Shown: piece by piece, positions 41,030 through 53,674 of the stretch | Position numbering within the stretch: position 1 is the first letter of the stretch | Layout: every line of letters begins with the position of its first letter | Assembly (NCBI GenBank): GCA_951406725.2 | Contig: OX597839.1 | Coordinates: 28,520,001-28,584,000, forward strand | Direction: 5' to 3' | Length of the DNA stretch: 64,000 nt | Source of the DNA: Octopus vulgaris | Taxonomy: Eukaryota | The notes under the pieces: model-generated | The model's database searches: none | Told to the model about the DNA's origin: nothing | What the model saw: the letters and a program-made list of their open reading frames with translations, nothing else | Program-made: the position numbers and the translations under genes

Positions 41030-41555
41030 TAGTCTTATTCTCATCACGCGCTTTCACCGCACTACCGAGCGCAGCCCTGTGTGCCTTGAGTATGTGCTGT
41101 GGTTTGTTGTGATGCTCTTATTTTTACTGTATTGAAAGTGTTTTACGTAGGATGTGCACAGTGTCTAGTAGTACTATTTTCTGTATGTTATATATACTTG
41201 GAGTTTTTGTTATGTATTTGTCTGAATATTTATTATAATTATTATTATTATTATTATTCAGAAGTCTTACTTTTATAATATGCTTCCACTGATAACAAAG
41301 TCGAGAGTGCCTTGGGTATGTGCTGTGGTTTGCTGTGGTGCTCTTATTTTTACTGTATTGAAAGTGTTTTACGTAGGATGTGTGCAGTGTCTAGTAGTAC
41401 TATTTTCTATATGTTACATATACTTGTAAGTCCTGGAGTTCTTGTTATGTATTATGTCTGAATGTTCTTTTTATCATACCTAATGCAACAATTATTGTAG
41501 GATTTGTTTCTGTTTTTAGGTTCCACATTCGAGTTAACTCTATTTCCAGATCTTA
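41030..41555 (-). mobile_element. R4/Dong-like (restriction-like endonuclease) LINE 3' fragments, tandemly duplicated
   Basis: Minus strand LEIELTRMWNLKTET...ALGMI...KIVLLxTAHILRKTLSIQ*; two copies of the 3' end, bounded by (TAA)n. Confidence 0.7.
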
Positions 41556-42623
41556 TTGTTACTGTTGTTATTATCATTATCATTAATCTCATGATGAGAG
41601 ATAGAAAACTTTTTTTCTTTGGCTCCAAATATGAGATTATTTACAGTCTGAAAACATTTATGTATACAGTGTAAGTTCGATGTCCAATATGAACGGGGGT
41701 GGGTTGGATATATGGGGCAAGAAAGGAAATTAAATAGTTCTAGGAGTTCCAGAGTTCTGAGTGGGAAACAAAAGCCTTCTTTGGTTTTATTTCTTTAATA
41801 GGACTCCCCAGATTTATATATCCAACATGTTCCTTTCTTTCTGTATTTTTTGTTTATGGTAAGGCATGATTTAACAGACATTTGTCATAGTATTGAATAG
41901 TGATAGTACAGGATGTATAGTGTGTGTGTGCGTACATGTGTGGTTTGTGTTACAGTATTGGGTGGTGGCTATGTAGAGTATGTGGTGTGTGAGTTGTGCT
42001 GTAGTATCGGGTGGTGATTGTATTGAGTATATTGAACAGATTGCATGGTGATGATCGTGTAGAAATTTTCAGGTGTACATTGTCAGAAATACAGAAAAAC
42101 TACAAGGATACAGTCATCACACAATTTATAAACATTTAGAATACATTTTCAAAATTTAGAAAAATTTGCAAGAATACATTCACACATCTTGAAAAAGTTA
42201 TAGAAATATTTACACACCTGATGGAAAATTATTTTGATTTATAAACAAACCTTATGGAAAGTTACAGTGTCAGTTTACATACATTACAGAATATTCAGTA
42301 ATACAATATAGATAGTGTATGAATATTTACAAGATAGAAATCATGTTTTAAAGCTAAAGACTGCCATCTCTTATTACAGTTTTGAGAATTTTAATTTTAA
42401 TTTACCGACAAAAAAAAAAAATTAAAATAGCTTCAAAGTTAGAAAACAAAACTAGGGTGTTTCTATAAGGGTCAACAAGAGAATATCTACATATTAAGTC
42501 AGCCTGCTAGAAGCATCAGCTAAATATCCATCAAACCATACGTAAGGCTCATTAGATAATATAGCTTAAGGCACGTTATGTCTGGAAAAGTAAAGACAGA
42601 ATAGTTTGTTGAAACACCTTTAA

Positions 42624-43146
42624 CCCTTTCATGACCAACCCAGCTGAAACCGGCTCTGGCTCTGAGTACAAATGTCATGTTTTCTTAAGTTTTGAATTAA
42701 AATCTTCCACCAAACCTTAGTCACAATTTATGTTCCTAACACTAGCTTAATGATAAGAAAGTTATTTTACTAAATTCTTTATATTTTAAATTAATTGAAA
42801 GAAACAGAGCATCTCAACAGAAATATGGTAACAAAAGGGTTTAAGACAGTCAGTCAAATGTGTCTTCAATTTGCACAAGATTTGGCTGTTATTTCTAACA
42901 AATGAAACAAAAATCTGCAAATTAACCCTTTTGATACCAACCCAGCTGAAACCACCTCTGGCTCTGAGTACAAATGTCTTGTTTTCAAAAGTTCTGAATT
43001 AAAATCTTCCACCAAACCTTGGTCACAATTTATGTTCCTAACACTAGCTTAATGATAACAAAATTACTTTACTAAATTCTTTGTTATATTTAAAACCGAT
43101 TGAAAGAAACACAGAGCATCTCAAAATAAATACGGTAACAAAAAGG
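42624..43146. mobile_element. Two adjacent TTAA-flanked MITEs (family 2): 42624-42839 and 42926-43146
   Basis: TTAA-CCCTTT...ACCAACCCAGCTGAAACC...GGTAACAAAAGGG/AAGG-TT; fragments at ~940-1160, 17735-17800, 39420-39590, 62630-62860. Confidence 0.85.
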
Positions 43147-45506
43147 TTAATCATAACACTGCTTGACTGGAGCCAACTTGTGGTCAGTCAACAACAACAA
43201 AAAATAACCTTTATTGTGAATTTAATAATTATAGAACAACACGAAGTTTTGTCAGTGAACAGGTCGCGGTCTCAAAGCGACGAAAATATTTTGACAAATT
43301 AAATTTAAATGTTGAAGTGAATCTAACGGTTTTTTGTGTGTTTCTTAAATGGCTTATAAACACCTCCCACGCTGCAATTGTTTTCGTTCCAGCACATGAT
43401 CTCAGATCAGGTCACTTGCTATGCAAGTACATCTCCGTAATAATTATAGAGAAATCTGGATTGTTAGAAATTACAGAAGATCACAATTTTGCAGACTGTT
43501 AACAGCACCAGCAGAGACAAGAAATGCTTGACCCTTTTGGGACTGTATTTGCCAAGGAAATATTGGACAAGAATGCTTCATGGCATTTCAGTTATGTCTC
43601 TTTTATATTCAAATCCTGTTGCAGTCAATTTTATCATTCTTCCTTCTGAGGTAGATATGATAAAGTACCAGTGAAGTACCAGGGTTAAATCTATAACAAG
43701 CCCCCTTCTCCCAAATTTCTGGCCTTAATTATTTGTTGCAGGGGTTAACAAAGGAGTGGGCTAATGCGGTGTTCTCTGTTGGCCTTGGGCCTTTTGAAAA
43801 AATTTTTCAAATTTAAAGGTTCTGTGGATCTTTGAGCAGTTGACAACATTTAAATAGTCTTTTGTTTCACAATATGTTCAACCCTTTAGTATTCAGATTG
43901 CTCTCAAATGAAATGCTTACATCTATTCACATGGTTTTCAATTCATCATGCATTATCTTGTAGCTTTGGGTTTTTGATAGCATGAATGTTTATTTTTACA
44001 ATGACATTGTAGGGTAGGTGTGAGAGGCCAGGCAGAATACTGCTTACATCGAATCACCTTGTTTTGAATTAATCATGCATTATCTCGAAGCCTTGAGATG
44101 TTGCTGATGTGATTGTCTATTTTTAGAATGACATTGTAGGAAAGGAGTAAAAGGCCAGATCTGGCTAGTTTGAACATAAAACAGGGAGAATATTTGGGAA
44201 GGACAAGGATAGTTTAACTTTCTAGCATTCAGATTACTCTGTCAATACTGATGCTTGTTTATTCGCATTGGTTTTCAATTAATCATGCGTTATCTTGTAG
44301 CTTTGGGATTTTGATGGTGCAAATGCTTATTTTCATAATGACATTGTAAGGTCGGTGTGAGAGACCAGATCTGGCCAGTTTGAACATAAAACAGGTGGAA
44401 TGCTTGGGCTGGATATGGACAGTTCAAATGCTAAAGGGTTCGTTTTTGCTGACATAAGCATCATCAATGACAGAAACAGGGGTGATAGAGGAAACACGTT
44501 TACTGCCCCCACCCCTACCCCAGGATGAGTGTTCCGTTTGATCCGATCGATGGAACAACTTGCTCATGAAATTAACATTCAGGTGGCTGAGCACTCCACA
44601 GACACTCATAGCCTTAACATATTTCTCGGGGAGATTCAGCATGACACAGGGTGTGACAAGGCTGGCCCCTTTGGAATACAGGTACAACTCATTTTTGCCT
44701 GTTGAGTGAACTGGGGGATCGTGAAATAAAGTGTCTTGCTCAAGGACACAATGCATCACCAGGAATTGAACTCACCATCTTATGATCGTCAGTCTATTAC
44801 CCTAACCACTAAGCCACACTCCTTGACTTTTACATAGAAGCTATAACGCAGTTTATACATGTGGGGCCATGTCAAAGTTACTGACACCCAGTTTGGGAGT
44901 GATTTAACTAAAATAACTAACTTCATTGATAAATGTCATAAAATCCCTTAACATATCTAAATTCAAACTAGGGCCTTTTATCTCTAAACTAAGGGGTAAT
45001 AACTCACCTACTAGGCCAAATGTTTTCCAAAATTTGGCGTGGTTAAACAATTTTCCACATACTACAAGACACCTGTCTATATTTTTCAAATAACCACCCC
45101 ACATACAGCTCTAATTTTAATAAACCATTAAATGAAAGAGAAATAATTTTAAAGAGAATTAATTCATTAATATATATATACTTAATATATTTATGGCAGT
45201 GAGCTGGCAGAAACGTTAGCACACCGGGCGAAATGCGTTGCCGTATTTCGTCTGTCGTTACGTTCTAAGTTCAAATTCCGCCGAGGTCGACTTTGCCTTT
45301 TATCCTTTCGGGGTCGATAAATTAAGTACCAGTTACGCACTGGGGTCGATGTAATCGACTTAATCCGTTTGTCCCCTCTGTGTTTAGCCCCTTGTGGGTA
45401 GTAAAGAAATAAATATATATATACTTAAAATTTACAGAAAAACAAAAGACAAAGACAGGTGTATGATCAACAGGTGTATTAGTTTGATGCTCAGGAAAAT
45501 GAAAAA

Positions 45507-45545
45507 GTCTTTTGTGTTTTGAGTCTACGCTCTTCAACAGAAAGG
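45507..45545 (-). ncRNA. Degenerate hammerhead motif, related repeat copy (~45420-45580)
   Basis: Minus strand cttt-CTGTTGA-A-GAGC(gtag)ACTC-AAAACACA-aaag; shares the downstream TCCTGAGC...TAATAC tail; core mutated. Confidence 0.45.
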
Positions 45546-45751
45546 AATAAGAGAAAATAAACAGAGAGAGAATTTTAAAAACTTGTGGATTTAGCAGTCA
45601 AGCATATATATATATTTACATATCATCTATTATTTTGAAAATAGTGGATTATCATATTTTTTTCTTTAAGGATAAATTTTTCATAAAGTTTTTATTAAAA
45701 GACACCAGAAAATTTTTCGTGGAACTCTGAGGCTCTTCAAAACCTGTTTAA

Positions 45752-46192
45752 CCCTCTAGCACAGTGCTTTTCAAACTTTTTGCTGGAGCGGAACCCCAAG
45801 GAAGCATTCCACTGTCTCGAGGAACACCTGTGCAATAATTTAATAGTCTTATGCACACATATCTGCACAGGAGAATTAAAAATTACTGCTGATTTTAACA
45901 GTTTTGTAACTTCTTGCGGAACCCCTGGACTGTACTGGCGGAACCGTAAGGTTCCACGGAACACTGGTTGAAAACCACTACTCTAGCATTTAAACTGCCC
46001 ATATCCAGCCCAAATATTGTACATGTTTTATGATCAAACTGACCAGGTATGACCTCTCATACCTACCCTATGATGTCATTCTACAATATACAATCACATC
46101 ATTGAAATATTGAAGCTGCAAGATAATGCATGATTAATTAAAAGCAATGTGAACAAATAAGCATTTGACAGAGTAATCCGAATGCAGAAGGG
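45752..46192. mobile_element. TTAA-flanked piggyBac-type MITE (family 1) interrupted by the hAT MITE
   Basis: TTAA-CCCT...AAGGG-TTAA; body is the reverse orientation of 51400-51620. Confidence 0.75.
45762..45980. mobile_element. hAT (Charlie-like) MITE with perfect 8-bp TSD, nested in a TTAA MITE
   Basis: TSD CTCTAGCA at 45754-45761 and 45981-45988; TIRs CAGTGCTTTTCAA / TTGAAAACCACTA. Confidence 0.88.
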
Positions 46193-46849
46193 TTAACAAA
46201 CACTCTTGAAGGCTAACGATTTATATACACTAACATCAATGGATATACACACTCAGGTAAAAGACACCTGATCACAATTGAAGATCAAACTGACCAAGAC
46301 ATGGGGTTGTCGTGACTAAAGAAACATTTCTTTGTCTCGCTAAGAATAAATGTTAATAACCTGAAAAATTATTATCTTATTAACAACAAATTAAATATTC
46401 ATTATAAACCTCAACAAAGACAATTAATTACCTTTAACAGCAACAACAACGAAATGTAAGAAATCTACATGGATTGAGTAAAAAGACAATGAAAAGTCAA
46501 GAAAAGAAAAAAGAGATAATAAAACAAAAAAATGCCAGGGAAATAAATTGAAAAACAAGACAAGACAACCATGAATGAAGAAAAGAAAATCACAATAAGA
46601 TCACTGAAGCATGAAGCCAATTTTCAGAGAGAAATATCTTTTGTGGGGTAACGTGAAACCCCTGAGAATTTTGTGAAATAAAATGTATGCTAAATGTGCC
46701 CATTGAAAAATAAAAACAAACAAAAAAAATCTAGCCCCTATTTGACTTCTCTCTCCCTTTTTTCTTTGATGAATAAAAGAAAACTAAGGAATAGAAAGAA
46801 ATAAACAAGGCCCTTAAAACAGATTTTTAAAAAAAAAGAGAAAAAAATA

Positions 46850-47007
46850 CTGTATTTTCCAGCATACAAGTCGAATTTTGCAGACCAAAATTAAGAGGCA
46901 TAAAAAGGTGGGTTGACTTGTATGTCAAGATGACTTTAAGGACCAAAAATTCCATGTGAAATGCAACAGGAGTTGGAATGAAAGTAGTAATGTTAGGATG
47001 AATACAG
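46850..47007. mobile_element. Probable pogo-like MITE
   Basis: TA-CTGTATTTTCC ... GGATGAATACAG-TA short TIRs with internal CATACAAGTC/GACTTGTATG inverted repeat. Confidence 0.5.
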
Positions 47008-47261
47008 TACATGTTTACATTATATACAACATTGACTTGTATGCCAGAAAATACAATGGTGATGATGATGATAATAACTGGGCCCCCACCTGCAAGGTCA
47101 TGCACTGTTTATTTTGATATGAGGTCACCGTGTCACGCACAGATGGTTGTGTTGCATGTGCCTGGTATATGCTTATCAGACAGGTAGTCATGATGGGTGT
47201 ATTGGGCTTTGTATATTTGAACCCCAGTGGCACTTTGATGGCATGCACTGCTCTCTCACTC

Positions 47262-47304
<43 letters not shown>

Positions 47305-47535
47305 GTTTCTGATTAAGGAACAAGGCCAACAATTTTGAAGGGAAGGGTGTTAGTCAATACCATCGACCCCAGTACTTGAGTGGCACTTAATTTTTACCAA
47401 CCCCAAAACGATGAAAAGTAAAGATGACAGTACCAGGATTAGAATTCAGGATGTAAGAAACTGGAAGAAATACCACTAGGCACTTTTTAAAATTGTTGAG
47501 TTTTATGGGATTTCTTTCCATAAATCCACACCACA

Positions 47536-47569
<34 letters not shown>

Positions 47570-48483
47570 TGGATGGACTCTGCCGTTGAAGACAATGTAT
47601 GAGCATTCAGCTTCTGGCCAAATGAGCTGCACTAACGATTTGTTTATTGTAATCAAACGTCCGTGCTGCCCCTTAGCTCACTCTCTCTCCATCAAATCAA
47701 CATTGTCTGAAGAACTGCATGGTGTTACCTCACATCAGGTGTGGAAGTGAGATGGAGTGTTTTGCTTAAGAACACAATGCAGAACCTGGTCTAGGAACTG
47801 AAATCACAATCACCAGATCACAGGTGCAATGCCCTAACCCCGAAGCCATGCACCCTATATAAATATATATATATTTGATGGAGAGAGTGGCACAAATATT
47901 TGATCACTATGAATAAACCATTTGTTCAGGTCATATATATATGATGGACTCTCCTATTGAAAATGATGTATGAGCATTCAGCTTTTGCCGAATGACCTGA
48001 ACAAAGGATTTGTTCATAGTGATCAAATATTTGTGCCACTCTCTCCATCAAATCGACGTTGCTTGAGCATTTGCACTGTGCACCATGCATCAGGTGTCAA
48101 AGTGATCACAGAGCAATGCAAGATGAAGTGTCTTGCTAAATAACACAATGCACCACCACCTGGTCTAGAAACTGAAACCACGATCTCGCGATCATGAGCC
48201 CAACACCCTAAACACTAGGCCATGCGTCATAATAATAATAATAATAATATTTGGGGACCTTTTGAGTGGGATGGGTTACTCGACCTGAAGAAAATTCTAA
48301 GTGGGCCCCCACCTGCAAGGTCATGTGCTGTTTATCTTGATATGAGATCACCATGGTGCGCACATATGGTTGTGATGCATGTGCCTAGTGTACCCTTACC
48401 AGACGGGTAGCCATGGTGGATATACTGGGCTTCGTATATTTTACCCCAGTGTCACTTTGATGGCATGCACTGCTCTCTCACTC

Positions 48484-48525
<42 letters not shown>

Positions 48526-49521
48526 CCTTTCTACTCTACTATAGGCACAAGGCCTGAAATTTGGGAGGGGGAGGGGCCAGTTGATTAGATCGACCCCAGT
48601 ATGCAACTGGTACTTAATTTATAGATTCCAAAAGGAAGAAAGGTAAAGTCGACCTCAGTGGAATTTGAACTCAGAACGTAAAGACGAACAAAATGCCACT
48701 AAGCAGTTTTCCCGGCATGTTAACGCTTCTTACAGCTCACCATCTTCATAATAAAAACAATGATGGTGATGACTTCAAATTTTGGCACAAGGCCAGCAAT
48801 TTGGAGGAAGGGATTAAGTCGATTACATCAACCCCAGGATTCAACTGATACTTATTTTATTGACCCCAAAAAGATGGAAGGCAAAGTCGACCTCGGCAGA
48901 ATTTGATCCCAGAATGAGAAGACAGACGAAATGCCGCTAAGTCTTTTGTCTGGTGTGCAAACAATCCTGCCAGTTCAACACCTCGAAAAATAATAATAAT
49001 ATTTCCACCAGAGACACAGACCATAAATTTGAGAAGAAGGAGTTAGTTGATTACACTTAACAGGGGCGTTTAGTGACCCAGGAGGGTGACTGGTAAAGTC
49101 AAATCTTAGCAGTATTTGTATGTGAAGGGACTTACATAAACACCACAAGGCATTCTCTTCACTGCTTCACCAATTCTGCTACACCGCCACCTTACAAGGA
49201 TAAGTTCCGACATAGGCCAGGTCAGGCCAGGCCAGGTCAGGTCAGGTCAGGTCAGGCCAGATCATGCCATATGTTTAAACAAAGCATTAGGCAAGTTATT
49301 CAACCCCGGTCTTCAACAGCTACTTTATTTTGTGAAGCCAGGAAAGATGGCAAACAAGGTTGACCACAGTGGCACATCTGAACTCTGAACAAATACTTAA
49401 CATTGCATGGCATTACGTCTCACGCTCTATGAATGCAGCTGATCCAACACTTGAATATTTACACACACACAAGATATGCAAGTATATATGCACACGTGTG
49501 CATATGCATGTCTCTCTCTCC

Positions 49522-49600
<79 letters not shown>

Positions 49601-49936
49601 CACATACCTACATATACATATATATACATGGCCCAGTGGTTAGGGCAGCGGACTCGCGGTCGGAGGATCGCGGTTTCGATTCCCAGACCGGGCGTTGTGA
49701 GTGTTTATTGAGCGAAAACACCTTAAGCTCAACGATGCTCCGGCCGGGGGGGGGGGGGGGGCGAACCCTGCTGTACTCTTTCACCACAACTTTCTCTCAC
49801 TCTTTCTCCTGTAGGCCTGCTCGCTTAGCCAGTGAGGTGGCACCATTTGAAGGCTAAAACAATGTGAAGCGCATTGTGACCAGCGATGTGTAGCAACATC
49901 TGATGGCCTGGTCGGTCACAGTGATATATATATACA

Positions 49937-50610
49937 TAGGGTGTCCCAAGAGTCACTGATGGGTATCAATTTTTAATAACTTCCTTAACTTTACAAATAA
50001 ATGCATGAAATTTTGATCCAATATAAAGGACATAATGGAAATTTATATGTATAAGTCTAATTTTGCAACACCTCTACATTACATATGAAGGGGAAAGTGA
50101 AGGCCAGTTGACGTTGCCATAGTGAGGGGTTATTCTCTCTCCAAAGCACTGCCATAGCAACTGCATTGTTTCTTTTGTGGTATGAGCAGCTGCCCCATCT
50201 TGCTGGAACCTTGTGTGAGCTCTACTTTGAATGGCCTACACGTTCCCCAGACTTGACTAGCCCAAAGTTTTTTCTTGTGGGTATACCTGAAAAGAGGGCT
50301 TACGTCAACAAACTGGAGACCCTAGTGCAATTGAAGAATATCAATAGAGAAATCAGTGAACTGGGGTCTGAAACTCTTGAGGGTGTTATGCTGCAAGTTT
50401 TGGAAAGAGCATGGCTGTGCAAAATCGAAAAGGGCTGCTATTCAAGCAATATCATTTTTCATATGTGATGTAGTGGTCTTGCAAAATTTGACCAGTGCAC
50501 ATGAATTTCCATTATGTCCTTTAAATTGTATCAAAATTTCATGCATTCATTTGTAAAGTTTAGGAAGTTATTAAAAATTGAAACCCATCACTGACTTTTG
50601 GGACAACCTG
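49937..50610 (+). mobile_element. Internally deleted Tc1/mariner-superfamily element with ~105-bp TIRs
   Basis: (C/T)AGGGTGTCCC...GGGACAACCTG-TA ends; internal WPTRSPDLTSPKFF transposase remnant. Confidence 0.85.
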
Positions 50611-51259
50611 TATATAAATATATATATTTATATATATTTATATATATTTTTAGTAGTTTTGACCACAAGGGTCCCTCCTAGCGTGCGGTATCTATGAATA
50701 GTAGTACCCTCTATATAATATAAATAAATATTTTCAAAGTGGAAAAATTTACGGATTTTTTCTCTTACGAGGTTTTTCACGCTAACTACTGATAATTTCT
50801 TATAAAGATTTTATCCTCAATTTTAAATTAAATATATATATATATATATATAAGTGTGTGTGTGTGTCCATCATCGTTTAACATCTGCTTTCCATGCTGG
50901 CATGGGTTGGATAGTTTGACATGAAGCTAACAGGGAGTTGTCTAGCTTCCAACTGTTTGTTGTGGTATGGTCCCTACAGCTGGATGTCCTTCCTAATGCC
51001 AATCACTTAACAGAGTGTGCTTGGGTTATTTTTACATGCCAACATCGCAGGTGCTTTAACGCAACACCGTCATGGGTGCTTTTTAAAGTCAGGACGTATG
51101 AAAGGGGAATATATTTATTTAACCATTTGTTCATTTGTTATCCATTAGTGATATATTCCTCTGTATAGGAAACCACTAATGTTCCTGAAAGATGTTTTTT
51201 ATATTTACCTCGGATTGCTTGAAGCCAACTTTCTTCCTACACTTTGATCTTACATTTAT

Positions 51260-51290
<31 letters not shown>

Positions 51291-51399
51291 AATTTGAAAA
51301 AATAGAGTCAACAAGAAGGAGAACGTTTAGACATCTATTTAATAAACACTACACATTTCGATACCATGTAGATCAACATACACACAGGATTTAAATTAA

Positions 51400-51620
51400 C
51401 CCTTTAGTGTTCGCATTATTCTGCCAAAATTAATGCTTCTTCATCTACATTGTTTTGAACTAATCATGCATTATCTTGTAGCTTTGAGATTTTGATGAGG
51501 TAGCTGTTAATTTTTTAAACAATATTGTAGGGTTGGTGTGAGAGACCAGTTCTGGCCAGTTTGAACATAAAACAGGTAGAATATTTTTGGCCAGATATGG
51601 TCGGTTTAAATGCTAAAGGG
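51400..51620. mobile_element. TTAA-flanked piggyBac-type MITE (family 1)
   Basis: TTAA-CCCTTTAG...CTAAAGGG-TTAA; further copies at ~33318-33528 and three tandem partial copies at ~43880-44440. Confidence 0.85.
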
Positions 51621-51880
51621 TTAAGCAACGGTTTATCTGTATAATGGAATCCAGCTGTAGATGTGGATCTATGTCGTATCGAAACATGTAGTGTTTATTA
51701 GAAAGCTACCTAACCATACTGCCTTCTTGTTGACTCTACCTTTTCAATTTTACTTTCACATCCGATGAATGCCTAAACCTAGACTTGGATGTATAACATA
51801 ATACTACTGGCTATTTGGTAATTCTAAGGGTGAACGAGATCAATTTTGAACTCTACTGCATTCCTAATGGAATACACCTG

Positions 51881-51938
<58 letters not shown>

Positions 51939-52095
51939 TCTTTTATACTTTTTGGTTAGTTAATTTTTTTTTTTTTTAAATATTAAATTAAAAGTTTAAA
52001 AATTTAAAAATATAAAAATTTTTAAATATAAATTTAAAAATTTAAAGTTTTAATAATTTAAATTTAAAATTTTATATATATATATTAATTATGAA

Positions 52096-52467
52096 GGCGC
52101 AATGGCCCAGGGGTTAGGGCAGCGGACTCGCGGTCGTAGGATCGTGGTTTCGATTCCCAGACCGAGCATTGTGAGTGTTTATTGAGCGAAAACACCTAAA
52201 GCTCCACGAGGCTCCTGCAGGTGGTGAACCCTGCTGTACTCTTTCACCACAACTTTCTCCCACTCTTTCTTCTTGTTTCTATTGTACCTGTATTTCAAAG
52301 GGGCCAGCCTTGTCACTCTCTGTGTCACACTGAATATCCCCGAGAACTACGCTAAGGGTACACGTGTCTGTGGAATGCTCAGCCACTTGCACGTTAATTC
52401 CACGAGCAAGCTGTTCCGTTGATCGGATCAGCTGGGACCCTCATCGTCGTAACCGACGGAGTGCTCC
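52096..52467 (+). mobile_element. tRNA-derived SINE family D, CpG-rich young copy
   Basis: GGCGCAATGGCCCAG.GGTTAGGGCAGCGGACTCGCGG...GGTTTCGATTCCC head with A/B boxes; the same head occurs at 49627-49922 with a different tail. Confidence 0.85.
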
Positions 52468-52647
52468 TAATAATAATATTAATTATATTTTTTTTTTGTT
52501 ATTTATGTATTGGTTTATGTCTATCACTGTTTGAGTTGCCTAATAGTGGTTTTATCTCTAATTTAATTTAAATTTATACTGCGAAATTTGATTTAATCCT
52601 AAATCTAATTTTTCCCTGTAAGTTTCCCTGTATTATTAATATTATAC

Positions 52648-52682
<35 letters not shown>

Positions 52683-52867
52683 AAATACATATATATGTAC
52701 ACATACAATCATATACGCTGATGTAGAGTATCTATAAAACACTTGTCCAAAAAGGAAGGGTGGTGGGGAAGAGGGGGAAACAGGAGGGAGGGAGGGAGAG
52801 AGAAAGAGAGGGAGAAATAAATCAAAGTCAAAAATAAATTTACAAAAAAAATAAAACAAAATATAAC

Positions 52868-52899
<32 letters not shown>

Positions 52900-53130
52900 T
52901 GACAGCCAACAACAAAATGAATAAATATATATACATAAATAAATAAATAAATAAATGGTCAAACACAGCCACAACGGAACTGAGAGGGATTTTAAAGTTA
53001 AGCCAGATATTTGGTGAAGGCGTCATCGTCATTGTCGCCAATGGCAACAGCAGCAGCAAGAACAACAGAGACGAAATAATGCAACATGCAGGCAGCAGCG
53101 TCTACAAATAAACAGTACCAGGTATCTACA

Positions 53131-53164
<34 letters not shown>

Positions 53165-53191
53165 TTTTATACATACATACATATATGCATA

Positions 53192-53233
<42 letters not shown>

Positions 53234-53257
53234 TATATCTAGTGCCATGTGCCTTAC

Positions 53258-53383
53258 TTGGAGTTCTTTGTGGTCGCCATCTTTCCTGAAGGCTGTTAGC
53301 AAGGTTTTCAGATTGGCTTGTGCTGGCTTGGATTTCAAAGTAGGAGAGGACGGCAGAAGAAGGGTCTTCATTTTGTTGCTAGC
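53258..53383 (-). CDS. Candidate alternative or upstream exon of the RABEP1 locus (ASNKMKTLLLPSSPTLKSKPAQANLKTLLTAFRKDGDHKELQ), phase 0-0, 126 nt
   Basis: CCCTCTCGCAG|GCT acceptor, CAA|GTAAGG donor; stop-free unique GC-richer island between microsatellites; no strong rabaptin motif. Confidence 0.55.
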
Positions 53384-53626
53384 CTGCGAGAGGGATATTC
53401 CACGGTATATATGCGTAAGCATGTATGAGTGACTGTGTGTGTGTGTGTGTGAGTGTCTGTATATGTGTGTGTGGGTGTAGACAGGTAGAGAGACATTATT
53501 TGTATCTATGTACATATGCAAGTATATATTTATATAGATATTGACAAACAGACAAACAAACAAACAAACATATAGATATATAGATAGATAGATAGATAGA
53601 TAGAGAGAGACAGACAGAAATTTTCA

Positions 53627-53670
<44 letters not shown>

Positions 53671-53674
<4 letters not shown>

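Noticed and set aside
49214-49262. (AGGTC/AGGCC)n run containing AGGTCA nuclear-receptor half-sites
   Set aside because: Simple pentanucleotide microsatellite; the motif is a by-product
51938-52080. Odd A/T homopolymer-rich stretch after (TA)n
   Set aside because: Looks like low-quality base calls following a microsatellite; no interpretable structure
52096-52170. tRNA-like sequence as a functional tRNA gene
   Set aside because: No proper cloverleaf; it continues into a SINE body and recurs at 49627
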